Positions 27,001 through 38,895 of a stretch of DNA of 64,000 bases are shown piece after piece. The position numbers and the translations under genes are program-made. Every line of letters starts with the position of its first letter. Positions within the stretch are counted from its first letter, which is position 1. The DNA comes from Callorhinchus milii (lineage: Eukaryota), in NCBI RefSeq assembly GCF_018977255.1, contig NW_024704742.1:69256001-69320000 (forward strand). Direction: 5' to 3'. Under the pieces are notes generated by a model. It was not told the origin of the DNA. It saw nothing but the letters and a program-made list of their open reading frames with translations, and did no database searches.

Positions 27001-29033
27001 GGGGTGGGGTGGGTGTTGTAATGGGGAGATCAAAAGCGGCCTCTCTTTTTCTCTCAAGAGAGAGAGACAAACTGTTTTAATCCTTTCATTTATATGGTGC
27101 CTTATCACGTCCTCAAGTCGTCTTAAAGCACAGAATTTACTGTCAATCATAGAATCATAGAATATAGCACAGAAGGAGGCTATTCAGCCCATCGTGCCTG
27201 TGCCGACTCTTTGAAAGAGCTATCAACTAGTCCCACTCCCCCGCTCTCATCCCATAGCCTTGCAAATGTTTTCTTTTCAAATATCTGTCCAATTCCCTTT
27301 GAAAGCTATGATCGAATCTGCTTCCATTACACTTTCAGGCAGTGCATTCAAGACCATAATAAAGTGTAATGATAGTATTTTGTGGGTGATTGCAGCACAG
27401 TAATGTCCCACAAATAGCCATCAAGTGCCTGATCAAAATTTTTATCTGGGGAGGACTGCAGCCAGGACACCGGGAGAAACTCTTCTTTCTGAACAGGGCT
27501 GCATCAGGGACTGTCATCTTAGACTATACAAGTCCCAATTCCTGATGTGGGACTTGAACCCGCAACTTTCTGATTCCGAAGTGAGAGCGCGAGAAACTGA
27601 ACCAAAGTTGACCCTCAGCACATCATTAAAAATGATAGTGATGAAAGTGAAGATTATTTAAATGGAGGATTCCCACAGTGTGAAGTGTAAAGTGTTGTTG
27701 CTTTGAGGTAAGGGTTTGCACTTCACGGAAAACACATTTGTTTATTTACGAAGAGTTCAGCAGAGTGGAAAACTCTTCATTAGCCGTGCAAACAATCTGA
27801 AGGGTGTTAAGAGAGTGAACGACTCTACCCTCTGGTAGAGGGATCTGTTACAAGGCATCAAAATCAGAGCTAAGATGGTTAGAACTGAGCATTTTACCCA
27901 GAAAATACAGTCACTGCACTTTACAGTATATACAGTATATATCCAGTAGCATAGTGGTTAGTGTGCTCGCCTCGCAAGTGAGAGGACCGGGGTCGATTCC
28001 CAGGTGGGGCAAAACATTAGGCAAGTTTCCTTACTCCACATGCCTCTGTTTACATCACAATAAGTAAGAACCCGATTGGCAGATCGTTTTCTGGGGGTAA
28101 TAATCACTAAAAAAAAATTTGGTTACTTAATCCAAGTTTGTTTGTGGGACACTGCTATGCGCAATTGGCTGCCGTGTTTCACTCACAAAATACTGTTAAT
28201 CAACTTTACAGTATATTCTGTGAAACACTTTGAGACATCTCTATGACATGACAAGGTGCTATATATCAATCGATAAAAAACTATACCTTCCCCGATATAA
28301 ATATTTATCCAATAATACAATATAATCCTTATGTTTGATAAAGCACCTTATCATGTCTTTGAGATAATAATAATAATAATCCTTGCATTTGATATAGTGC
28401 TTTTCACGTCTTCTCGACGTCTCAAAGCGCTTCACAGAATAGACTGTAAAGTGAATTTGTGGGCAAAACGTGGCAGCCAATTGTGCACAGCAGTGTCCAA
28501 AAAAGAGACATGGGTTGAAAATGAACAATTTTTTATGATTGTTTTGTTTTTTGGAGGGATTATTATTAGGCGTGTGGAGTAAGGAAACTTGCCCAAGGTT
28601 TCGCCCTGCCTGGAATTGAACCCAGATGTCTCGCTTGCAAGGCGAGATATCCCAAAGCGCTTCACAGAATATACTGTAAAGTGAATTGACTGTATATTTT
28701 GTGGGCTGATAAACACTGGAACCCCCCCCGAAATTGGCTACTCAGCTCCTAGATTTTCTCTCTTACTGTACTCGTTAGCTCAGTACATTAATGAAAGTCC
28801 CGTAAAAATGTGATTTATAAACATTTTCAAATTGCTAAAAAAAGGTCCCAAATACCACTCCCCCAACAAAAAATCAAATTAATAAACCCCGGAAATCAGA
28901 AGCCCTAATTATTATTTTGTATAGCGCTTTACAGTCAAGGGCTTTGGAGGATATACTACAAAGTGGAGTGATTGTGTATCTTGTGGGCGAAACGCAGCAG
29001 CCAATAGCAAACAAGCATGAAGTGAATGACCAA

Positions 29034-29393
29034 ATAATAATAATACTTACATTTGATATAGCGCCTTAACATGTCTTCTAGAATTCTCAAAGCCCTTCAC
29101 AGAATATACTATAAAGTGAATTGACTATATATATGTGGGCGAAACACGGCAGCCACTTGCACACAGCAGTGTCCCACAAACAGTCGTGGATTGAGTGACC
29201 AAATTTTTTTTAGACATTATTATGCACGGAAAAGTGATCCGCCAATCTTCCAACAACAGGGCTGCTACTTATTGCTAGGTAAACAGAGGCGTGTGGAGTA
29301 AGGAAACTTGCTCAACATTTTGCCCTGCAGGGAATTGAACCCAGGTCTCTTGCTTGCGAGGGGAGTGCTCTAACCACTGAGCTACAGGACTCC
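29034..29393 (-). mobile_element. SINE family A, long form
   Basis: Full head-to-tail copy on the minus strand. Confidence 0.85.
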
Positions 29394-32300
29394 ACGAACT
29401 CCACCCTTACAGGGAAACACAAATGTTATTTGTGGAATTGTCGGCAAGAGAACCCAGGAGAGAGAAAGTCCCTTCTCTTTTTGAATCACACCATGGGATC
29501 TTTAACGTCCACCTGAACAGGCAGAGGGGACCTCGGTTTAACGTCTCAACTAAAATGTGGCACCTCTGACAATGCAGCGCACCCCCAATGCATGAGTGTC
29601 AACCTGGACAAATTCCCGACTGAGAGACGAGAGGTCTAGCGACTGACACACGAATAGCGTCCCCAAGAATAGAGTGTGTATTTATCACAAGCAGCCGTTG
29701 CACATCAAAAAAAAGCCTCTCCAGATTCTTGTCTCTTTCTTCCCTCCACCCCAGATTAGTGCAGGAAAGTACAAAGGCCTTTATCAGATCAACACAGGAA
29801 GCAGATAAGGAGTTGTCAGGGATTAATAAAGCAGGGATTTAATTCCCGGAAGCGATGTCCATCCTTCTTCACCTGTGTCCTTTACAAATCCACTCTTAGC
29901 TGCGTTAGGGGGAGCTTTTTGCTTTTAACCCTTCAAACCCCATGGTATTGACTGTTCAATGCCAGGCCCATTGTATCTGTGTGGAAACCCGATGGTCGCT
30001 CAGGGAAGCACGGACATACATTGACTCAGGGCACCTGGGGTTCACCCACAAAATACAGAGTCAATTCATTCTACATTATATTGCCTTCGATCACCCTGCT
30101 TTCCCCCTGCTCTCCACCCTCCCTGATCCCAATCCCCAGCTTGGGTCCGTAATACTGCCTGTCCAGGGACTGATGCTTAATAGGATTCTTCACTCAGTCT
30201 TTCGCTCAATGTGAAAAAGGGGCTTTTATTTCTTTATAATAACAACAATTCTTGCATTTGATATGGTCATTGAGATATCTCAAAGCTTCACAGAATATAA
30301 CAACAACTACAAAATTAAATTTGTTTAGCACCTTTCACGTCAGGAGGACATCCCAAGGCACTGGACAGGCAGCATTACGGACCCGAGCTCGGGATTGGGA
30401 TCAGGGAGGGTGGAGGGCAGGGGGGAAGCAGGTGATCGAAGGCAATATAATGTAGACTGGATTGACTCTGTATTTTGTGGGTGAAGCTCAGTAGCCAATC
30501 ACGCACAGCAGTGTCCAACACACAGTTGTAGATTGTGTAACCATTATTTTAAAGGGATTATTACCCCCAGAAAGCGATCCTCCAATCGACTAACAGCCAG
30601 GTTTCTACTTATTGCTAGGTAAACGGAGGCGGTGGAGTAAGGAAATTTGTCTAATGTTTTGCCCTCCTGGGAATCAAACCGGGTCCTCTCGCTTGCGAGG
30701 TGAGTGCTCCAATCAATTTGCTACAGGATTTCACAAGGTAGCAGCCTGGCTCAGTAGGTAGCGCTCTTACCTCTCTGAGTCAGAGGTTGGGGGTCTAAGG
30801 GCTGCTTTGTGTCGTCCTTCAGGTGAGACATTAAACTAAGGTTCTGTATGTGCCATGTTCAGATGTATGTTAAAAATTCCAAGGCGCTATAGGAAAAGAG
30901 AAGATTTTTTTCTCTCCCGGTGTCCTGGTCTGCAATTCCCTCGGCTACAATTGGTCACTCACTTCATGGCTGCTTGTGGGTTGTCCCTTGCACAAATCGG
31001 CTGCCGTGTTCGCCCACAAAACACAACCACTGCACTTCACAGTAAAAATCCCATAAAGCGTTTTGAGATGTGCTGCTTGCGTTAAAGTGCCAGAACTCTT
31101 TTCCTCTATCCTTTCACCTTGCTCCTTCCTTCCCCATCTTCAGGTCGCGCCTGAAGACCTTCCTATTCGACCTTGCTTACGGTCACCTCCCCTCTTCCAA
31201 CAGCTCGATGTCATGTTCCAACACTATCAAGCGCTCTAGGAGGCTCCCTGCGTGAGAGGCGCTATAGAAATGTAAGTTGTTATTGTTTTTTTTGTTCAAA
31301 GCCACTACCGTATGTCAAATATGAGGAATAATATATTTTGTGATTCAAAATTAGCTGAGGTGATTTCCCCACTGCAATTCTCAGTCATTATAGACTTTGT
31401 GCAGATTTCCTGGCTTTTAGAAAAATATTTCCTAGATATTATCAGTTGATTGTTGAGGCAGATGTATCCTTAGCTTGACAATACAGACAGACGCATCTCA
31501 GGTCCGTTACAGTTTAATAAGGCAGCGCTCAGACTTGCTAATCACTACAGACAGATAGACAGCGTGACAATATTAACAATAATCCTTGCATTTTATACAA
31601 TATTAAAAGCTCTTTGTTAGACGACTGCTACTGCTCGCTTATTCTGTTAAAATCAAAACGTCCTCCCCACACACTCACTCACTTAAGAAGTCTTCATTAA
31701 CAAAAGTTTCCTGTCTTGCATTTATGCAAATTGTTTCAAAAACTCAACATGTTTCATATGCCATGTGTCAGCCTGGCTCAGTTGGTAGGTAGCTGTCTGA
31801 CTTTTGGGTCAGAAGGCGGTTGATTGAAGTCTCGGGGCAGGCGGGTGGAGGGATGGAGAGGTAGAGGGGTTTTGGTGTGGTCTGACACTCCACTCACTGT
31901 ATCAAGGAAGGGAAAGAGAACAGTTTCTTCCCCGGTGTCCTGGCCGACAACTCTCCAGGTAAAATCAGTCAGTCACTTATTATAATATAATCCTTGCTTT
32001 GGTCTAGCGCCTTATCACGTGGTTGAGATGTCACAAAGCGCTTCATAAACATACTGTAAAGTGGATTGACTGCATATCTCAGTCTCTAACTTTGTTTCAA
32101 ACTCTGACTCTAGATTCTAGCTGCTGAGTTTCGCCCACAAAATGTAGATTGTGGAACACCTAGCACAATCTCTTTGCCTTGCTCCCTCCCTTCCTTCCTT
32201 CAAGGCATGACTCAAGACCCTGCTTTTTTGATCTTCAGCTGTCCTCCTACCTCTCTGTCCTCCCTCACCTCAACCCTGCTCCCCCACCCCCACGCTCGGG

Positions 32301-33174
32301 TCCTGATCCCAACTGTTCAACATTGGGACGTCTTCCCGACTTGAAAGGCGCTTTACAAATGTGATTTTGTTGTTATTGTTGTCCCACAAACAGTTGTGGA
32401 TTGAATGACCACATTTTTGGAGGGATGGGATTATTACTACCCGAAAGCGATCCACTAATCGACTAACAACCCGGTTCCTACTTACTGCTGGATAAGCAGT
32501 AAGTAGCGTGTAGAGTAAGGAATCTTGCCTAAGGTTTCTCCTCGCCCGGGAATCAAACCCTTGTCCTCTTGCTTGCGAGTCGAGTGCTCAAACCACTACA
32601 CTAAAGGACTCCACAATTATATAACAGACAGGGAGGGAAAGAAAGAACCTCTTAGAGACATGTGCCTTCGGATGCATGTTGGCTCAGGTTGTCAAGAACT
32701 AAGGCTTGTAGACTCCAAGGCAGGCAATGGTGAAGGGGGGAGGAGGTTGAGACTGGAGCTGCTTGGCGGAGAGAGGGAACAGCAAGGACCACCGTTTCCA
32801 CCAGTGGGTGGTCCTAGCCACAGAGGAAAGGAGAGAAGGGTTCTGTGAGATGGCTTTGTGTTACACTCTGGATCGTTGCCACGTGCTTGTCAGACTGAGC
32901 TGCTGGGTGCAGCTGGTGTGGGATAGACCTGGCGTTAAACAACAATCCAGCATTGTGTTCATTGGTGGGAATTTCCGTTGTGTGTGTGTGTGTCCCTCTC
33001 TGTCTCACCCACTAGGAGTGCTTAGAATTGTTTTTAAACTGATATTTTTATTCCTAATCTTTTTTCACAATTTCTTTCTTTTCACAATCCCACTCTCTTG
33101 ATCTGCATTTTGCATTTATAAAGCACTCAAAGGCATTATCCTATGCGAAGGGCACTCTATAAAGGCCAGTTGAG

Positions 33175-33460
33175 TCATTGTTGTTATTTTATAAATGCTA
33201 TTATTATAACTACTATTACTATTGTTACTGCTGCTATTATTTATTATTATTCCTACTCTTACTGTTATTATTTATCATTCTTTTCATTATTATAATTACT
33301 ATTATTGTTATTTTTTGTCATTATGATTACTATTATTATTGCTACAACAACAACAAAATTACATTTATAGAGCGTCTTTCACGTCGGGAGGACTATTATT
33401 AATATTGTTACTGTTACTATTATTTATTAGTGTTTTTAATAATTACTATTGTTACTGTTT
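33175..33460. repeat. (TTA/CTA/TTG)n low-complexity tract downstream of the THNSL2 stop
   Basis: Degenerate trinucleotide repeats adjoining L2-tail fragments. Confidence 0.85.
33423..33428 (-). terminator. Candidate THNSL2 polyadenylation signal (AATAAA)
   Basis: First minus-strand AATAAA I found after the stop, about 90 nt downstream. It lies in an AT-rich low-complexity tract, so it could be chance. Confidence 0.4.
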
Positions 33461-33515
33461 ATCACTGGTGACATTTCACAATAAAATTTGTGCTTTATCG
33501 AAGCTCAGTATTAAG

Positions 33516-33720
33516 TCAGTGGTTTCTCAGTGCTGTAATCTCCTCTACCGTGGCACGAAGCATCTGCTCCCAGTCCTCTCCCCTCTTCATTGTGGCGTAG
33601 CGGGTCTCCATGGTTTCCAGAGCACGGATGGCGGGTGGGATCTCGGGGGTGAGACCAGCTTTCAGCACTGCCTCCTGGAACTTGTCAGCAGAAGCCGTTG
33701 CCAGGCAACACCTGTGGACC
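33516..33720 (-). CDS. THNSL2: THNSL2 final coding exon (205 nt including TGA)
   Basis: (R)VHRCCLATASADKFQEAV...EEITALRNH*. The eight exons sum to 1437 nt (478 aa plus stop) with no frame break. Confidence 0.95.
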
Positions 33721-33934
33721 CTGTTCCCCAGAGAAACCGAGAGAGTGAGCGCCCAAAGGAAGAACATAAGAATTTGTAAGATGAATGAAGACCAAGGTCC
33801 ATCCAGTTCACATTCCACCATCCTGGCAGTCACTTGCTATATAGTCCCAAACTATATACTGGAATAAGATATTATTTCCTAACAGAAATCTATCTAATTT
33901 ATTCTTGAAAGGGCTCGCTTTGTTTATCAATGAC

Positions 33935-34500
33935 AACAACACAACAAATTGCATTTATACGACGCTTTTCACATCAGGAGGCCATCTCAAGACTCTGGAC
34001 AGTGAAGGGTTTGCACCTGAGCTGCTGTCTGGGGTAAGAGCTGGGTGGAGGGCAAGAGGGGTGGGGGTGGGAAGATGCCGAATGTACAGTCGAAGAGGAA
34101 GTCTTGAGACAGGACTTGGAGGAAGTAAGGGAGGAGGTGAGGCGGAGGCGCTCTGGGATGGAGTTCTAAAGGATGGGGGCAGAAAGGACTAAAGGTCGAA
34201 TCGTCGATGATAGTGCGGGCAAGGAAGGGGGTGTGGAGCAGGCCAGTGTCTGCCAAGCAGAGGGAGAGGACAGGTTGGTAGGGTTAAAGAAAGTCACAGA
34301 TATAGGGAGGAGCAAGACAATGGAAGACTTTGAAGGCAAGGACGAGGATTTAAAACTCAATCCAGTGGAGTTGGGTGAGGGTGGGTTAATGGAGCTTAGT
34401 CTGGGAGAGGACACGAGCTGCAGAGTTCCGAATAATCTCCATCTTACGGAGGGAAGAGTTGGGAAGTCTGGCGAGCAGGAAGTTAGTGCAGTCAAGCCAG
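33935..34500 (-). mobile_element. L2 3' fragment in the last THNSL2 intron
   Basis: Similar to the 3' end of the young L2 copies, with an (AAC)n tail on the plus strand. Confidence 0.75.
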
Positions 34501-35042
34501 GATGTTCCGAAAGCGTGGATAAGGGTTGGTTCTTCGTTGGCTGATGGGTTGTCCCGCCAGTCACCGGGGTGGGGAGAGTGGGGAGGTCCAGGCTTTTATT
34601 TCCCTCACCCTGAAACCACTGAGGTGGACCTGAGGTGGACCGGCCCTCCTCGCCGGTCTCCCATCCACCACCATCCATAAAATCCAACTCATTCAGAACT
34701 CTGCCGCCCATGAAACTCCGCTCCCCGGTCACCCCAGTCCTTGCCAGACTGCACTGGCTCCCTATCCCAGAGAGGATTGACTTCAAGATGCTCACCCTCA
34801 TGGCGCTATACAAATCCAAGTTTTTGTTGTTGTTGAATTCTGATTACACAGAGCAGTGGTCTCAGACGAAGATGTGGACAGGAATCAAACACTCATTAAA
34901 ATCTGGCCACAGTTCAAAAGGAGAATGTGCTCCTCTCCGCAGCAGTGACAAATTTCCATATTGCCAATCCGACCCCCACCCACCCACCCTCACACACACC
35001 AACCCACACCCACCCACCCACACACCCCCATAATCTCAGCAC

Positions 35043-35194
35043 CTGTTGTTTCCGAGGTCGACCTGACGATAGTGATGAGTGATAGCGACAGCAGAGTGAG
35101 GACATAGCAGATAGTGGTTTTCCTCCCAGCAACGCACCATGGTCTGTGTAATGTCAGCATCAGTCACAGAGGACGAGACAAGGGCTGCTAACAT
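35043..35194 (-). CDS. THNSL2: THNSL2 coding exon 7 (152 nt)
   Basis: MLAALVSSSVTDADITQTM...YLLCPHSAVA...GNN(R). Phase 0 in, phase 2 out. Confidence 0.93.
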
Positions 35195-35971
35195 CTGGGC
35201 AGATGAGAGACTCAATGGGTCAACCTTACCACTGCTTATAACCCATGCTTCATAACAACTCCTGCCTCCATCACCAGCTTCTCCTCCTCCCACCTCTGAG
35301 CGGCCTCATTCACACCTTCATCACGTTCTCAGGCTTGATCATTGCAACGCTCTGTTCACCAGACCTTGTTGCTCACACACACACAGTCACCCCACAAAAC
35401 ACACACAGTCACCCCACAAATATGAATATATATGAATATCAATATATTTTGTGAAGCGCTTTGAGAAATCCCAACTATGTGATAAGACGCTATATCAAAT
35501 GCAAGCATTATTATTATTTTTATAAAACATACCCAGTCACAATACCATACAGTAAACTTTGTGAAGCGCTTTGCCACATCTTGACGACATGATAAGTTGT
35601 GGTATCAAATGTAGTTGACTCTGCAGCAGCTCTCTGCCTATCACCCTTCTCCCAGTGTCCCCATCCCCAACCTCCCATCTTCACTCGGCCCTGCTGTGCT
35701 CACCATCCCCCGCAGTGGAATTAATTCAAGATTCTCGTCCTCATGTTCATACCCGTCCATTCCCTCCAGTCTACCCGACCATTGATGGACGAGCATTCAG
35801 CCATTCTGCCCCCGTTGGCTGGAACTCCATCCCTCCTCCTCCCTCCCTCCACCCATCCCCATCTTGAAAACGTCCTGTTTTGACCAAGCTTTCGATCACT
35901 TGCAGGTACTGAATTCTGACAGCACGGATGCGGAGGGTGGGGGAGTGTGTGAGGGGAGGGAAACTACAGAC

Positions 35972-36097
35972 CTTTCTGTGCAGTGTGTCCGGCACCTCCA
36001 CTCTTCCCAGTCTCTGGAACTCCTCCATCATCCCTTTTATCTGGCTCGAGTCCATCCCAGAAAACAGCCAGAAAATTCTCTCCAGGTTGTAGGGCTC
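35972..36097 (-). CDS. THNSL2: THNSL2 coding exon 6 (126 nt)
   Basis: EPYNLERIFWLFSG...VPDTLHRK. CTCCAG acceptor, GT donor, phase 0/0. Confidence 0.93.
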
Positions 36098-36904
36098 CTG
36101 GAGAAAGAGAGCAAGTTTTTCCCTTTCAATGGTGTTAAAGGGCCTATCGCAGGATGTACCATAAAGTGCAGTGACTGTGTGTTTTTTGGGAGAAATGGGG
36201 CAGGCAGTTGCCCACAGCAGTGTCCCACAAACAGCCATTGTGAGTGACTAATTTTATTTAGTATGTGGAAAGGATACTCTGTACAGTGCCTGTGTTGGAT
36301 GAAATATTAAATTGAGGTCCCGTCAGTGCCTGTTCAGGTGGACGCTAAAGATCCCTTGGTGCCTCTTCAAATGAGTTGGGAGTTTTTCTCTCTCCTGGTG
36401 TTCTGGCCATCAATCTTCCAAGTAAAACTGGTCACTCACTTCATGGCTGTTTGTGGGATGTTGCCATGTGCAAATTAACTGCCTCATTCACTTACAAAAT
36501 GCACAATCACTACACTACACTACACTTCACAGTAAAATCCTGTGAAGTGCTTTGAGACACCTCAACAATGTGATAAGGAACTATATCAAATGCAGGATAT
36601 TTATTATATATATATATACATAGTGTGTGTAGATGTATATATCTACACACTATATACCTGCAGTTGAACGTGCCAGCCAATTTACCTACAGTAACATCCA
36701 GCAATTAAATTAATTATCTTTAAGGATTGCCATCTATAATAATTATGAAAGATTATTATTATTTGGATTGCTATTAAGAATTATTAAAAATAAATATTAT
36801 TAAGGATTAACATTTAGAATAACGAGGATTACAATTAATAAGGATTATTAAGGAATATTAATGAGGATTACTATTAATATTCCTTAATAATGAGGATTCT
36901 TCCC

Positions 36905-37420
36905 ATCTCTTCCCTCCACAAGCTGCAGATCATTCAGAACTCTGCAGCTTGTGTCCTCTCCGTGACCCTATCATCCCTATCGTCATCAGACTCCACTGGC
37001 ACCCCATCTCCCAGAGGATAGAATTCAAAATCCTCGTCCTGGCCTTCAAAGCCCACCATGGCCTTGCTCCTCCCTACCTCTGTGACCTGCTAGCTCTATA
37101 TAGACCTGTCTGCTCCCTCCGCTCCACAGGCTCCAGCCTGCTCGATGTTCCCCGTCTGGCCCACCCCACCATCGGGCTCTTTGCACCCACCTTTTGGAAC
37201 TCCATTTCACAGTCTCTTCACCTCGCTCCCTCTCTTGCCTCCTTCAAGGCATGTTTTAAGTCCCTCCTCTTCAACCACGCCTTCGGTCACCCTCCTACAC
37301 TCGCTGCCGTCCACCCCTCCTGATCTCAACCCCTGCTCGGATCCAAATCCCTGACTATCCAGCGCCTTGGGACGTCCTCCCAACATTAAAGTAATGTACA
37401 AATGTAATTTGTTGTTGTTG
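36905..37420 (+). mobile_element. L2 3' fragment
   Basis: RLHWHPISQRIEFKILVLAFKA, followed by the L2 tail and (TTG)n. Confidence 0.85.
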
Positions 37421-37547
37421 TCATTATTAATAGCATTCCTCATTAATATTTGTGAATAATTGACAAGAGTTGTCATTATTAATATTGCTGTGAATTGATC
37501 CCCCCTCTGAGGCCGTGAGCCTCGGGCAATGTGAAGCTGAAACAAAC

Positions 37548-37696
37548 CTGGATGTCAATGGCTGGAGCTAATGAAGCCTTGGTGGTCTTCGCCAGTGAGT
37601 AGTCTCCATTCTGGACAGTCCTGTGGACAATGTCATTCTCATTGACCACTGTGACTAGTCGGATTGGCAGTCCCATCATCTGGGCCACAGTCCCAG
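37548..37696 (-). CDS. THNSL2: THNSL2 coding exon 5 (149 nt)
   Basis: (A)[25 protein letters not shown]...SLAPAIDIQ. Phase 1 in, phase 0 out. Confidence 0.93.
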
Positions 37697-38579
37697 CTGG
37701 TCCAGAGACAAACACAGGGGAGGGGGGTGAACATGGGGAGAGAGGGGTAAGTGGGTGGTGGGTGGGGGGGAAAGAAAACAAGTCGCTATACAATTTACCT
37801 TTATTCAACGCCTTTCACGTCTCAAAGCAACCTCTACAAATTTTTTTTGTGGTGGGCCGGGTGTCTGATACATTCAGAAACCCATCACCATGTTTAAGAA
37901 TCTCCAAAGAAAACTAAGAATCCCATGCATCCCACCTACACATGGAAATCCCAGAGAGAGATTTTTGGAATGGAATGTGCTCTCTCTCTGGGTGGTCTTA
38001 GCTGGACAAGCAGTGGGAAAGCTTGCCAGACAGTGTTCTCTATGGCAAGATATGCAGTTTCAGCTGGCTAGACTCCAGCAGTTACCCCAACGCACACTCT
38101 GAGGCCCCCAAGCCTTAGCTCTTGCCAATCTGTGCCTAATACTTGTTGCATTCCCCAGGGAGAGAGCCCATTCCATTCCAACAATCTATCTCTGGGATTT
38201 CCATGTGTAGGTGGGATGCCATGGAGTTCTCAGCTTGATTTGGATTCTCTTAAGCATAGAGATGGGTTTCCACGTGTCAGACACCCGGCCGACCCCCCAA
38301 AATTGAAGCGTTTGAGACATGAAAGGTGATATATCAAAATAACAAATACAAAATGTAGATTAATATCATTATTCCTTCTCCTGTATTCTCCATCTAACCA
38401 TCCTGATACTGTGCTCCCCCCATTGTACAATTGATCCAACTAAAGAAATACTCCCCTCCCCAACTACTCCACTCATGCTTATTCAACATCTCCATCCTGG
38501 CCCTCTGCTCTGTTGGAGAAAGCCCCCTATTCTCTATTCGCCCCCAACTCCCGGGTGATGTGACCCACCCCTCCCTTAC

Positions 38580-38813
38580 CTGTAATGTTGCCGGCTCCGC
38601 CGGTTGGCACAACGACCTCCACCAAGGGGGACTGTGGAACGCCCACCACCACTGGCAGGCAGTGGAAGTAGGCGTAAAAGAAGTGAGCGATCTGGACCAT
38701 GACGCGAGCCCAGTTGATGGAGTTCAGGCTGATGAGCCGGTGGCTCCAGACAAACTTCTCGTCGGCAAAAAGCTTCCGGATTGGCACGTCCAGCTCATCA
38801 GCTGTGCCGTCAA
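38580..38813 (-). CDS. THNSL2: THNSL2 coding exon 4 (234 nt)
   Basis: (V)DGTADELDVPIRKLF...LNSINWARVMVQIAHFFYAY...VVPTGGAGNIT, with the NSINWAR and PTGGAGN motifs. CAG acceptor, GTAAG donor. Confidence 0.95.
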
Positions 38814-38895
38814 CTGGTGGAGAAGAGGAGGGGTAGGAGGAGGAGATCAGCCATGATCTAAAAGAATGGTGGAGCAGGCTTGAGGGGCTGAATGA

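Noticed and set aside
5000..30000. Many short ORFs sharing phrases such as [13 protein letters not shown] or RWTLKIPWHY
   Set aside because: Translations of SINE copies, not a protein family.
32525..33101. Overlapping ORFs in a unique block, and a GGGAATTTCC NF-kB-type site at 32967
   Set aside because: No recognisable protein or exon structure, and a single motif is insufficient.
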